From: Bacteriovoracia bacterium
Lineage (GTDB): Bacteria; Bdellovibrionota; UBA1018; JBFWNL01
NCBI GenBank assembly: GCA_050251055.1
Contig: JBFWNL010000003.1
Location: 160,001-224,000, forward strand
Reading direction: 5' to 3'
DNA: 64,000 bases
Positions 1 to 8,931 of the stretch are shown here, one piece after another (position 1 is the stretch's first letter; each line of letters opens with the position of its first letter). A model generated the notes under the pieces. The model saw nothing but the letters and a program-made list of their open reading frames with translations. It made no database searches and had not been told where the DNA came from. Made by a program: the position numbers and the translations under genes.

Positions 1-1169
1 TGAAAACCAAGCTAACCATCCTCCTTACCGGCGGCCGCGCCCCCGCGACGCTCGACATGTGCCGCTATCTCCACCGGCTGGGGCACCGGGTCTTAGTCGC
101 CGAAAGCCAGGCCCAGCACCTCTGCCTCACTTCGCGCGCCGTGGCTCGGGCATTCGCGGTCACGGCCCCCAATCAGGATCTGGCTCGCTTCGTCGCCGAT
201 CTCGAAGAAATCATTCGGGCGGAAAAAGTCGATCTCCTGATACCGACCTGCGAGGAGGTCTTCGCTATTTCACGGGGGCTACCCACGCTCTCGCAAGCTA
301 CTCGCGTGTTAGGCGACTCGATCGACGTGTTAGATCGCCTCCACAATAAGTGGGAATTCAATCAACGGGCTACGGCTCACGGGCTAGGAGTGCCGAAAAG
401 CCAAGTGGCGTCCTCCATGGACGAACTCACGCAACTAGCAGGTTCACGCCGTCCACTCGTGATCAAACCCGCGTATTCCCGTTTTGCTTCCAAAACCTTG
501 ATTCTCCATGAGGGGGATCCGCTTCCCTTGCTTGCGGATATCCGCCCGAGTTACCCGTACGTCATCCAGGAGTTCATGGCCGGCCAGGAGTATTGCACCT
601 ACGGCGTTTGCCAGAGCGGCGAGCTGCTTGCGCACGCGATTTACTCCCACGATTTTACCGCTGGGAAAGGCGCGGGAATTTGTTTCGAGGCGATCGAAAA
701 ACCCGCGATTCTCGCGTGGGTGAGGGAGTTCGTGAAACGGGAAAAGTTCACTGGCCAGATCGCGTTTGATTTCATCGAAAGCGCCCCGGGCCAAGTATGT
801 GCGCTGGAGTGCAACCCCCGCACGACCAGCGGCGTGCATTTGTTTGCGCCCGACGATCGCCTGGACCTGCGCTGGCTGGGCCAATCCACCGAATTCGTGC
901 AGCCGAAGCCCGGCTCGCTTGGGCGTATCGGGCTGGCGATGTGGCTTTACGGACTGCCTTCGGTGCGAACCTGGTCGACTCTGGCCAACTGGATCCGAAT
1001 CATGCTCCGCGCCCGGGAAGTGGTCTTCGACTTTGCCGATCCACTCCCCTTCTTTCATCAATTTTACTGCTATTTCAGCTTTTGGCGGCAAAGCGTTCGC
1101 CTCGGGATACCCATCCTTGAGGCCAGTACCCACGACATCGAGTGGAACGGAAACCGCAAAGCGGAATAA
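1..1169 (+). CDS. ATP-grasp domain protein (5' end clipped by window)
   Basis: Frame is open from base 3 (KTKLTILLTGGRAPATLDM) and the window starts with the TG of a probable start codon. ATP-grasp motifs: LIPTCEE, VIKPAYSRF, IQEF, GQIAFDFI, ECNPR. Confidence 0.85.
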   Translation, partial: KTKLTILLTGGRAPATLDMCRYLHRLGHRVLVAESQAQHLCLTSRAVARAFAVTAPNQDLARFVADLEEIIRAEKVDLLIPTCEEVFAISRGLPTLSQATRVLGDSIDVLDRLHNKWEFNQRATAHGLGVPKSQVASSMDELTQLAGSRRPLVIKPAYSRFASKTLILHEGDPLPLLADIRPSYPYVIQEFMAGQEYCTYGVCQSGELLAHAIYSHDFTAGKGAGICFEAIEKPAILAWVREFVKREKFTGQIAFDFIESAPGQVCALECNPRTTSGVHLFAPDDRLDLRWLGQSTEFVQPKPGSLGRIGLAMWLYGLPSVRTWSTLANWIRIMLRAREVVFDFADPLPFFHQFYCYFSFWRQSVRLGIPILEASTHDIEWNGNRKAE

Positions 1170-1172
1170 CGT

Positions 1173-2411
1173 TTAGTGAGAACGCATCGCCTCGGTGGGA
1201 TTGAGGCCGGCCGCCCGGAAAGCGGGATACAGCGCCGCCAGAAGCATGAAACCCATCATCGATCCCATCATTTTGAAAAATAGGATCAAGTTGAAGGACG
1301 GACGCACCAAGGTAACCACGCGGAAGCTGCCCACATCCAGCTCTTTCCCTAGCAAGAGGCGGACATCAAAGCCCACTTGCTGATGGTAAAGAACCGCCAG
1401 TGATCCCAATAAAGATCCGAGGGCAATGGAGAGCAAGCCCAGCAGGGCCGCCTCAAACAACACCATCAAGATCACCTGTCGAGGCTGCGTACCCAATGCG
1501 ATCATCAGCCCAAACTCGCGCGTGCGCTCAAACACGCTGACCAAAAGCGTGTCCACCGCGCCCAAGGTAATGAGCACGGAAAGCATCACGCCGATGAGCA
1601 CGAGCGTGGCGTTGTTAAAATTCACGATCCCAGAAACGAACGGCATGGCCTCCCGCCAAGTCGTTAAGCTCAACTGCGGGTCTAAGTCTTTCCTGAGCGC
1701 GGCCTGAACAGTGGAGATATCCGAACTTCGGGCAAGTTGGATCGCGATCTCATGGAAACCCTCGACCGCACCTACCCGACGCGCGCAGTTAAGGGTAGTA
1801 AAAGCGACTCCCTTGTCGAACTCGGGCGAGCCGGAATCAAATATCCCTTTTACCCGGAACAGCTCGTTACCCAGCGTTCCGTCCAACGCCTGGGCGAGAA
1901 TCACTACCTTGCCGCCCACGGACGTCTTCAAAGTATTTGCCAACGTACGCCCGAGGTAAATCTGCTTGCCCGCGCAGTCGGGGGAATCATCGACGCCCAG
2001 ATACTCTCCCGCGACCTTGCTCTTGGCGGGACTAAACGTCCGTCCCTCTAAGACGGGATCCACGCCCACTAGGCGCAGAGGGGACGACGCCTCACCCGTG
2101 GATGCTAGGGCCGATAGGCTCACGCGCGGGGAATACCCGGCAACGCGCTCGGGCAGGCTCTTTACGACGGCGGGAACCTCGGGAAACACCTTCGCCAGTG
2201 GATACTCGGGAAGATAGTCTTTTTGGTAAATCTGCAAATGCCCCCCGTGGGTGCCCGTCACCGAGTCAATGATGTTTTGGTTGCTCCCCGAAAGAATGCA
2301 TTGCAGCCAGAGAATCACGGCGACTCCGAGCGAGATGCTCACCAGCGTAATGAGCGAGCGGCGAAAATTCCGGCCCAGATTGCGAAACGCCATCATCAGG
2401 ATTGGCTTCAT
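1173..2411 (-). CDS. ABC transporter permease, LolE/FtsX/MacB family
   Basis: N-terminal AFRNLGRNFRRSLITL, large periplasmic domain, ERTREFGLMIALG motif, C-terminal YPAFRAAGLNPTEAMR. Confidence 0.9.
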   Translation of the reverse strand: MKPILMMAFRNLGRNFRRSLITLVSISLGVAVILWLQCILSGSNQNIIDSVTGTHGGHLQIYQKDYLPEYPLAKVFPEVPAVVKSLPERVAGYSPRVSLSALASTGEASSPLRLVGVDPVLEGRTFSPAKSKVAGEYLGVDDSPDCAGKQIYLGRTLANTLKTSVGGKVVILAQALDGTLGNELFRVKGIFDSGSPEFDKGVAFTTLNCARRVGAVEGFHEIAIQLARSSDISTVQAALRKDLDPQLSLTTWREAMPFVSGIVNFNNATLVLIGVMLSVLITLGAVDTLLVSVFERTREFGLMIALGTQPRQVILMVLFEAALLGLLSIALGSLLGSLAVLYHQQVGFDVRLLLGKELDVGSFRVVTLVRPSFNLILFFKMMGSMMGFMLLAALYPAFRAAGLNPTEAMRSH

Positions 2412-3085
2412 ACCAATAGCCTTCCGTCGCGCATGGTGTACCGCGTGGTCACCCGGCTCACCAAATTCGGGTCGTGGGTCGAAAACAAGAAAGTCGCGCC
2501 GTGCGTTCGATTGATCTCTTCGAACAGGTCAATCAACTCCTGGGCGGTCTTGGAATCGAGATTGGCCGTGGGCTCGTCTGCAAAAATAATCTCCGGTTCG
2601 CTCGCCAACGCACGGGCCACGGCTACCCGCTGCTGCTGCCCGCCGCTTAACTGCGTAGGCCGGAACTCCAAGCGATCCCCCAGCCCTACTGCTTGCAAAG
2701 CTTGAATTGCGCGCGCGCGAGCTTGCGCGGGGGGGTCCCCCCGCACCACGCTCGTGTACTCGACATTCTCAAGCGAGGTGAGCACGGGAAACAGATTATA
2801 AGCTTGAAAGATGAAGCCTACGTGACGGCTACGAAAACGTGACAGCTCGGGCTGCGAGAGCCCGGTCAAGGCGCGTCCACCGAGCAGGATCTCGCCGCGT
2901 GTCGGGCGATCCAGCCCCGAAGCCAGGTTCAGAAGCGTACTCTTTCCGCTGCCCGATGGCCCCACCACCGCGGCAAATGCTCCGCGAGCCACGGCAAGGT
3001 CCACTTGGTCCAAGGCAATCACCGGTGGGCTGCCGGCGTACTGACGCGTGACTTGCTTGAACTCCAAAACATTGCTCAAGGTCAA
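2408..3085 (-). CDS. ABC transporter ATP-binding protein, LolD-like
   Basis: Walker A GPSGSGKS, signature LSGGQQQR, Walker B IIFADEPT, H-loop STHD. 4-bp overlaps with both neighbours. Confidence 0.95.
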   Translation of the reverse strand: MTLSNVLEFKQVTRQYAGSPPVIALDQVDLAVARGAFAAVVGPSGSGKSTLLNLASGLDRPTRGEILLGGRALTGLSQPELSRFRSRHVGFIFQAYNLFPVLTSLENVEYTSVVRGDPPAQARARAIQALQAVGLGDRLEFRPTQLSGGQQQRVAVARALASEPEIIFADEPTANLDSKTAQELIDLFEEINRTHGATFLFSTHDPNLVSRVTTRYTMRDGRLLV

Positions 3086-4458
3086 CTCCGCGTATCAGTG
3101 AGAACGTTGACGGCGGCTTCGGAGTAGTTACGCTTTATCCGGCGCTGCTTGGTTAAGCCGCGCGCCTCAAAGCCGACTTCGACTTCGCAAACCGGGGCGC
3201 GGGCGCCAATACGCGCGGCCAATGCCTCGAGCTGTGCCTCAATCTTCCGTCTTTCGGCCGGCTCGTTCGCTTCGGCCGCGAACTTGAGAGCCATGCGTAA
3301 CTGGCCAGGGAGGTCTTGGCGGACTTGATACTCAATCACCGCGGAGGAGCCCACCATGACCGCGTTTCGAATAAAATCCGGAAACACCGGCACCGGCGGG
3401 CGGTTCGGAGAGGCCGAATGGAAGTACAACAGGTCGTCCGCGCGTCCTTCAATCCACTCCAGGGCCGTAAAGATCGATCCGCAGGCGCACGGCTCCTTAG
3501 CTTCGGTCAAGATATCGTTGAGCCGATATCGGACAATCGGCTGGCTCCGCCGCGTGAAATCCGTGATGATCGGCATGAACTTTCCGGCCGCGCGGTCCAG
3601 GTAGTCTTTTTCGATGTGCACGAAGTCTTCGTTCAAGTGCAGACGGCCCTCGCGGCAAGTGACCCCCAAGAACCCTTCGGTGCATTGATAAACCTGATGC
3701 ACCTTTTTTCCGAAGGTTTTTTCCAAATAAGCCTCGTCGATCGGATCGAGCACTTCGGCGACCGAAACGACTTTCTCAGGGGAAATCTTTAACTCTCCGC
3801 GCTGGGTAGCTTCGGCGAGCTGCCGCAGAAGCGAGGGCGGGCCCACGAGCAACGTGGGTTGATAGGCGTTCAAGCGCTCGAGGTGTTCCGCTAACGGCGC
3901 CAGAAGATCAAAGTATTCAAACTTCAGCCATCGCGAGCGCGACGCCGTGTAAAGGTTGCTGTTTGCCCGCAGAAAAAACGCTACGCGGTGACCACCAAAA
4001 AGCGACCGGGGGAGCACACGAGCCAAGATCGTTCCGGCGTGCTGCCAACGCTCGCGTGAACTCACCAAAAACAAACCCCGGTTGCCACTCGTACCGGAGG
4101 ATAGGCCCACCGTGATGGGTCCACGGGCCCCCGGAAGCGTAGGGGAAAAATCTCGCGAATTCTCGGCGCGAATGGCCGCGGCCATCGCTTCGTCACGATC
4201 AATTCCGACCGTATTCAGCTCGGTGAAATTTTCCATCATCTGCGCCTTATCCATCAGGGGCAGTTGCCGCCAGTTCGCATAATCTCCCTGACTAGAATCC
4301 TGCACCTGGGCCAGCCGAGCGCGGTAGAACAGCGAGTTTCGGGCGACCCACTTCAAATGAGCGAGGACTCGCTTCTCTTGCCAATGCTCGAGCTGGGCCC
4401 GAGATTCAAACCTTCGTCCGTAGCGGACCCGAAGATAATGAAAGAGTGCCATCAACAT
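3082..4458 (-). CDS. F390 synthetase-related / PaaK-like adenylate-forming enzyme (TIGR02304-like)
   Basis: GLSSGTSGNRG P-loop, FFLRANSNLY, YQCTEGFLG, QPIVRYRLNDIL, IEGRADD. Confidence 0.85.
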   Translation of the reverse strand: MLMALFHYLRVRYGRRFESRAQLEHWQEKRVLAHLKWVARNSLFYRARLAQVQDSSQGDYANWRQLPLMDKAQMMENFTELNTVGIDRDEAMAAAIRAENSRDFSPTLPGARGPITVGLSSGTSGNRGLFLVSSRERWQHAGTILARVLPRSLFGGHRVAFFLRANSNLYTASRSRWLKFEYFDLLAPLAEHLERLNAYQPTLLVGPPSLLRQLAEATQRGELKISPEKVVSVAEVLDPIDEAYLEKTFGKKVHQVYQCTEGFLGVTCREGRLHLNEDFVHIEKDYLDRAAGKFMPIITDFTRRSQPIVRYRLNDILTEAKEPCACGSIFTALEWIEGRADDLLYFHSASPNRPPVPVFPDFIRNAVMVGSSAVIEYQVRQDLPGQLRMALKFAAEANEPAERRKIEAQLEALAARIGARAPVCEVEVGFEARGLTKQRRIKRNYSEAAVNVLTDTRS

Positions 4459-5273
4459 GCGCGCAACGCCCTTTCACAATGGCAAGGGATGATCTTGAGA
4501 TCGGGATGTGCTTGATGCAACTTCGCGATCCGATCCAGGGTTTCCGTGTATCTGCCGTAATCGTCGAAAAGCAAGCGCGTGACCTGGTTCGGAGGCCGGT
4601 TGCGCTCGATGCTCTCGGTTAGCCAGCAGGCATCGGCGACCAAGAAATGCGGACCGGTTTCGGCTTGCACAATGAGGCCCATCTGCCCACGCGCGTGACC
4701 CGGCAACTCGACGGCGTGCACGGTTCCGTCTCCAAATACGTCGTGTACGGAGGAAAATCCCGAATACGCGCCTGCAGGTGTCAGCTGGCTTGGATCGATC
4801 GGGCGCGAACGCGCCTCAAAGTCACCCGGCAGTAGCCCCAACAACACCCCGGCCTTCAACGCGCCCAGGCGCCCTTTCCGCCGGAGTCCCGCGTAAGCAT
4901 GCGAAAAGTAGACGTACTCCGCCGCCAGAAAGTCCCCCGCCCCGGCCACGTGGTCGGCGTGAAAATGCGAGAGGATCACCTTCCGTACGTCGCCCGCGGC
5001 GATGCCCCGTGCTTTTAACAAAGACACCGCCGTAGTCTCGGGCGTAACCGTAACCGGCGTCACTAAAGCGTAGAGCTTTTCGGGGAAGTGACGGGTCTGC
5101 TCGTAAAACTTCATCGAGTAACCCGTATCAAACAACGTGATCCCATGTTTCGGGTGATCAATGACCGCGACGGACGCCGGAAAACGCACGGGCGCCACGC
5201 CTGATCCGGGCAGGACCACGAACTTTGGGTGCACGCAGTGCCCCGCTTCGATGAAGCTTAGCTTCACGCTCAT
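4452..5273 (-). CDS. MBL-fold metallo-hydrolase
   Basis: LFDTG, SHFHADH metal motif, LPGHARG, ADA, PCH. Start moved to ATG 5273 (MSVKLSF), which overlaps the upstream stop as ATGA. Confidence 0.9.
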   Translation of the reverse strand: MSVKLSFIEAGHCVHPKFVVLPGSGVAPVRFPASVAVIDHPKHGITLFDTGYSMKFYEQTRHFPEKLYALVTPVTVTPETTAVSLLKARGIAAGDVRKVILSHFHADHVAGAGDFLAAEYVYFSHAYAGLRRKGRLGALKAGVLLGLLPGDFEARSRPIDPSQLTPAGAYSGFSSVHDVFGDGTVHAVELPGHARGQMGLIVQAETGPHFLVADACWLTESIERNRPPNQVTRLLFDDYGRYTETLDRIAKLHQAHPDLKIIPCHCERALRAC

Positions 5274-6283
5274 GCGCCTCCCTCGAAGCCGCTTTCCCGC
5301 AGGAAACGGTCCATGCCTTCGGCCATGCTGATACGGGGTACATATCCCAACTCCGCGCGCGCGGCCGAAATATCCAGGGTTCGGCTTTTTCCCAGCACGC
5401 AAACCGAGTAACGGGTTAACAACGGTTCGGTCGAGCGGAACAGATACTTACACGCCTGTTCCATTCCCCAGGCGATCTGCCAAGCGCGCTTGAAAGGAAT
5501 GCGCCGAAACCTAAAGGGGATATTCATGCGCTTGAGCATGCTCTCCATCGTGCCATAAAAAGATACCGGATCCCCGTTGGTGATGTTGAACTTCTTGCCC
5601 AACGCATCCTCGGGGGCGTTCATCGCGCAGATCACGGCATCCACCACGTTATCAATATAAGTGAGATCCATCTGCGTCTGGCCGTCGCCAATCATCGGGA
5701 TCGTGCCTTTCTTCGCCAGGCGGATCACCCGGGGCATGATCGCGGTATCACCCGTCCCGAAAAGCCCCTGCGGTCGCAAGGTCACGACCGGTAGTCCTCG
5801 AGCAAAGGCTTCGTCCACTTTCGCTTCCGCGAGTTTTTTTGTCGCCGCGTAGTAATTGATGGGCTCCGCCGGAAGCGGATCCCCCTCCCGCACCCCGAGT
5901 CGATCGCGAGCTTCCACGTAGAGGCTCGGCGTGGAGATATGCACCATGCGCGCGGTGCCCGCCGCGATACAGCCGGCGATCACGTTCTCGGTACCGGCGA
6001 CGTTGGCGGAATAAAAATCGGCGTACTTTCCCCACGGAGACGAAATCGCGCCCGCATGAATGACCGCGTCTTGCCCCAAGCAAGCGGCGCCAATCGCCGC
6101 GCGCTCCGACAGGTCCGTCTTCACAAAGCGCGCGCCCATCTTCACGAGCCGCTGGCCTTGCTTCTCGTTACGACCGAGCGCAGTGACTCGCGCGCCACCC
6201 GCGACGAGCCTTTGGGTCAGGGCCCCGCCCAAAAAGCCGGTGGCACCGGTGATCATCACTTTACCTTGGAAATTAGTATTCAA
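5270..6283 (-). CDS. NAD-dependent epimerase/dehydratase, 3-beta-HSD/OleD-like extended SDR
   Basis: TGATGFLG Rossmann motif, HISTPS, YAATK catalytic motif. Confidence 0.9.
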   Translation of the reverse strand: MNTNFQGKVMITGATGFLGGALTQRLVAGGARVTALGRNEKQGQRLVKMGARFVKTDLSERAAIGAACLGQDAVIHAGAISSPWGKYADFYSANVAGTENVIAGCIAAGTARMVHISTPSLYVEARDRLGVREGDPLPAEPINYYAATKKLAEAKVDEAFARGLPVVTLRPQGLFGTGDTAIMPRVIRLAKKGTIPMIGDGQTQMDLTYIDNVVDAVICAMNAPEDALGKKFNITNGDPVSFYGTMESMLKRMNIPFRFRRIPFKRAWQIAWGMEQACKYLFRSTEPLLTRYSVCVLGKSRTLDISAARAELGYVPRISMAEGMDRFLRESGFEGGA

Positions 6284-7295
6284 GCGCCAGCCCCCCGATC
6301 GAGAAACCCGCGGAGGTCCCGATCAAGAGCAGCTTGTCTCCGCGCTTCAGGCGGTTTTCCGAAATTGCCAGGTGTAGGGCCATCGGAATGGAGGCCGCGA
6401 TCATGTTGCCGTGGTTTTGAATGATGCACATCCACTTGCCTTCCGGCACGCCCAAACGACGCCGCATGAGCTCCATCGCGGAATAACTGGCTTGGTGCGG
6501 GATAACGAGCGCGGCGTCCTCGAGCGTCCAGCCGGCCGACTGTAAAAGCTTTTCCATGAAGCCATCGATCTTTTCCGATACCAGACGGAAGACTTTCTTC
6601 CCATTCATCGAGAAGCGATATTCGTCGTAAAGGGAGTCGGTCCACTTCCAGCTAGGGAGGATCGCGCCCCCGCCGCGGATTGCGCAGGTGTCAGCACCGG
6701 CGCTGTAAGTTTCCATATGTGCGCCGCAAATGACGCCGCCCGAGACACCCGACAAGAGCGAGGATTTCTCGATTATCACCGCGACCGCGCCGTCCCCAAA
6801 GAGGCTGCAGGCCTCCACGCCGCCACGCTTCCAGTTCAGTCCGATCGAGGCGATTTCCGAAGAAACGATCATCACGCGACGATAGCGACCCGCGTCCACC
6901 AGGTAGCTCAAAGTATCGAGCGCGGTGACAAAACTGAGGCACGTGGAACCTACGTCGAAGCACGCCACGCCGGAGTTTTCCTTACCAAGCGCGCGTTGGA
7001 TCAGGGCGGCGTTATAAGGAATGGGTTGATCGAAGGTGGCGGAGGCGCAAACCAAGAGATCCAAGTCTTCGAAGCGGAGACTGGCATTCTCGAGCGCCGA
7101 CATGGCGGCATAGGCGCCCATCTGCGCGCTCGATTGATCGGTAACGAAATGGCGACGCTCGACCCCGGAGGCGCGAGCGGAACTGCCCGGGCTTAGACCC
7201 AGTCTTTGGTCGATTTCGGTGGAAGGTACGACTTGCGGAGGCAGGTAGTGACCGGTGGAAACGATACGCACGTGCCTGTTTGCGGCTTGGATCAT
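6273..7295 (-). CDS. beta-ketoacyl-ACP synthase III (FabH/OleA-like)
   Basis: Catalytic Cys (GSTCLSF), His (PHQAS) and Asn (HGNMIAASIP), plus FGDGA. Confidence 0.9.
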   Translation of the reverse strand: MIQAANRHVRIVSTGHYLPPQVVPSTEIDQRLGLSPGSSARASGVERRHFVTDQSSAQMGAYAAMSALENASLRFEDLDLLVCASATFDQPIPYNAALIQRALGKENSGVACFDVGSTCLSFVTALDTLSYLVDAGRYRRVMIVSSEIASIGLNWKRGGVEACSLFGDGAVAVIIEKSSLLSGVSGGVICGAHMETYSAGADTCAIRGGGAILPSWKWTDSLYDEYRFSMNGKKVFRLVSEKIDGFMEKLLQSAGWTLEDAALVIPHQASYSAMELMRRRLGVPEGKWMCIIQNHGNMIAASIPMALHLAISENRLKRGDKLLLIGTSAGFSIGGLALEY

Positions 7296-7324
7296 GACAA
7301 ACTCCCAACCGATACCTACTAATG

Positions 7325-7341
7325 TTGACGCGCTATGTCAA
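7325..7341. promoter_or_regulatory. Palindromic operator candidate TTGAC-N7-GTCAA
   Basis: TTGACgcgctatGTCAA lies 30 bp upstream of the KAS III start. The same motif occurs at 8770-8786. Confidence 0.45.
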
Positions 7342-7406
7342 ATATGGGCGCACTCTTTTGTAAGTCAATATTATTCAATTATTACAAACTGATACAAAGG
7401 AAACCC

Positions 7407-8750
7407 TTAAGGCAGGCGCCTTGCCAGCATCAAGAGGAGCGAGCGGGTTAGCCCCACCCGATCGTAGGCTTTTTGGTGAGCTCCGCGATATCCCACCGTA
7501 GCCGCATGGTCTGGCACGTCCTGAAGCACCACGAATTCGGATCCCGGTAAAATACCTTCTTGAAGCTTCACAAAGAAGTCCGTTTCGGTGGTGACCGAAA
7601 TCATCGGCGCGCCGCTGCCCATCCAGGTCTGAAACAGCGGTCGCTGAAAATACTGGCGCATGCGCTTTGGGTGCAAGCTAGCGACCAACTCAGGAGTAGC
7701 GGCCAGGACAGCATGGCCGAGCTCTGCCGTAAGTTCAACGGAGCCGGTAACCATATTTCTACTGGTGAATTTTCCATCTCCCGCGCCGATCTGCTCCAAC
7801 AAGCCCGCCACGAAATAAAAATTCATGTCGTTGCGGCCGACCATGTCCGCGAACGTGGTCCCCAAAAAAGGCGCCTGCAAGGAAATCCAGCCCGCGACCT
7901 TTGGTCCTACGACCGAATCGTGTGCAATCGCCGAAAGCGCGGCGATGCCTCCGTAGCTATGCGAGATCAAAATCACGGGTTTGTCTGAAGCCAGAATCGC
8001 TTCCCGCACCGCGTGCGCGTTTTGATCCGCTAGACCTAAAGTGGGCGACGCCACCTCGACAAAATCAAGTCCTTGATCCGTAAAATAATTTTTCTGATCA
8101 CCAAATGTATGGCCGATATAACCGCGGGAAAGTATCGACAGAAGATCTTTTTCTTGAGTCATCATGCCGCTTACGAGCAGAATCCGGTAACTTTTCAGCT
8201 TTGCGATCGTCGTTGCGTCGAGCGGATGCGCCGACGCGCTTTGAAATAACGTCTCGAACTCTGAGGTGCGGTTTACGCCATCGTATTTTTGACAAACCGG
8301 CAATTCGGATACGGCATCGAACAAGAGATCCTCGCAAGAAACCGCCTCTCTCACATCTGCGGTCTTTTCACTGTATTCGCCAGTCTCAAAGAACACGCGA
8401 GACTTTTTATGGCCAGGGTCGGTGCCGTCGAGATAAAGGCGCACGCTCACCGCGTAATCATACTTGCGCGCGGTCATTTTCTTCTTCAACCGGAGGGAAA
8501 GATCACCGGGCAAGCGATCATCGCCGTTCTCCACCCGAGATAAGCTCACGGGTTGATACCCTTTCAAAAGCAGAGCATGACGAACCGAGGGGGAATCAGC
8601 GATGCCCCGTAATTGAATGCGACAGTCGTCGTGCCAGATAGTGGCGTCACCTGCCAAGGCGTTCGCAGCAATCCCAGTCGTAAATACCAAGATGACTAAA
8701 GTACGCGCTAAGCGAACGCATGGTTTTCTCGAAACTGGCCCGATCTCCAT
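7407..8750 (-). CDS. Secreted alpha/beta-hydrolase (lipase/acyltransferase-like) with N-terminal unknown domain
   Basis: Signal-like N-terminus ending ANALA, nucleophile elbow ISHSYGG, QAPFLGT, C-terminal DH. Start at ATG 8750 with AAGGGGG RBS. Confidence 0.7.
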   Translation of the reverse strand: MEIGPVSRKPCVRLARTLVILVFTTGIAANALAGDATIWHDDCRIQLRGIADSPSVRHALLLKGYQPVSLSRVENGDDRLPGDLSLRLKKKMTARKYDYAVSVRLYLDGTDPGHKKSRVFFETGEYSEKTADVREAVSCEDLLFDAVSELPVCQKYDGVNRTSEFETLFQSASAHPLDATTIAKLKSYRILLVSGMMTQEKDLLSILSRGYIGHTFGDQKNYFTDQGLDFVEVASPTLGLADQNAHAVREAILASDKPVILISHSYGGIAALSAIAHDSVVGPKVAGWISLQAPFLGTTFADMVGRNDMNFYFVAGLLEQIGAGDGKFTSRNMVTGSVELTAELGHAVLAATPELVASLHPKRMRQYFQRPLFQTWMGSGAPMISVTTETDFFVKLQEGILPGSEFVVLQDVPDHAATVGYRGAHQKAYDRVGLTRSLLLMLARRLP

Positions 8751-8769
8751 GCCCCCTTCATATCTAATT

Positions 8770-8786
8770 TTGACGCAATGAGTCAA
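8770..8786. promoter_or_regulatory. Palindromic operator candidate TTGAC-N7-GTCAA
   Basis: TTGACgcaatgaGTCAA lies 20 bp upstream of the hydrolase ATG. Confidence 0.45.
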
Positions 8787-8931
8787 TTAAAATCCGAATG
8801 TTTTTAATGATTTAAACGCTCACTCGAAAGGAGCGCATCTATCTGGAAACTACTCGGAAAAACCCAAGGTTTACCTCCCAACGCCAGGGCCAGCAAGATT
8901 GCCCAAGCCATCCAGATGAAACCGTCTCGAA

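Noticed and set aside
5274-5402. Extended N-terminus of the MBL ORF, and similar extensions on ORFs ending at 23281, 28143 and 48710 or starting at 54501 and 57638
   Set aside because: They overlap upstream genes or leaders. Downstream starts have an RBS or ATGA coupling and match family N-termini.
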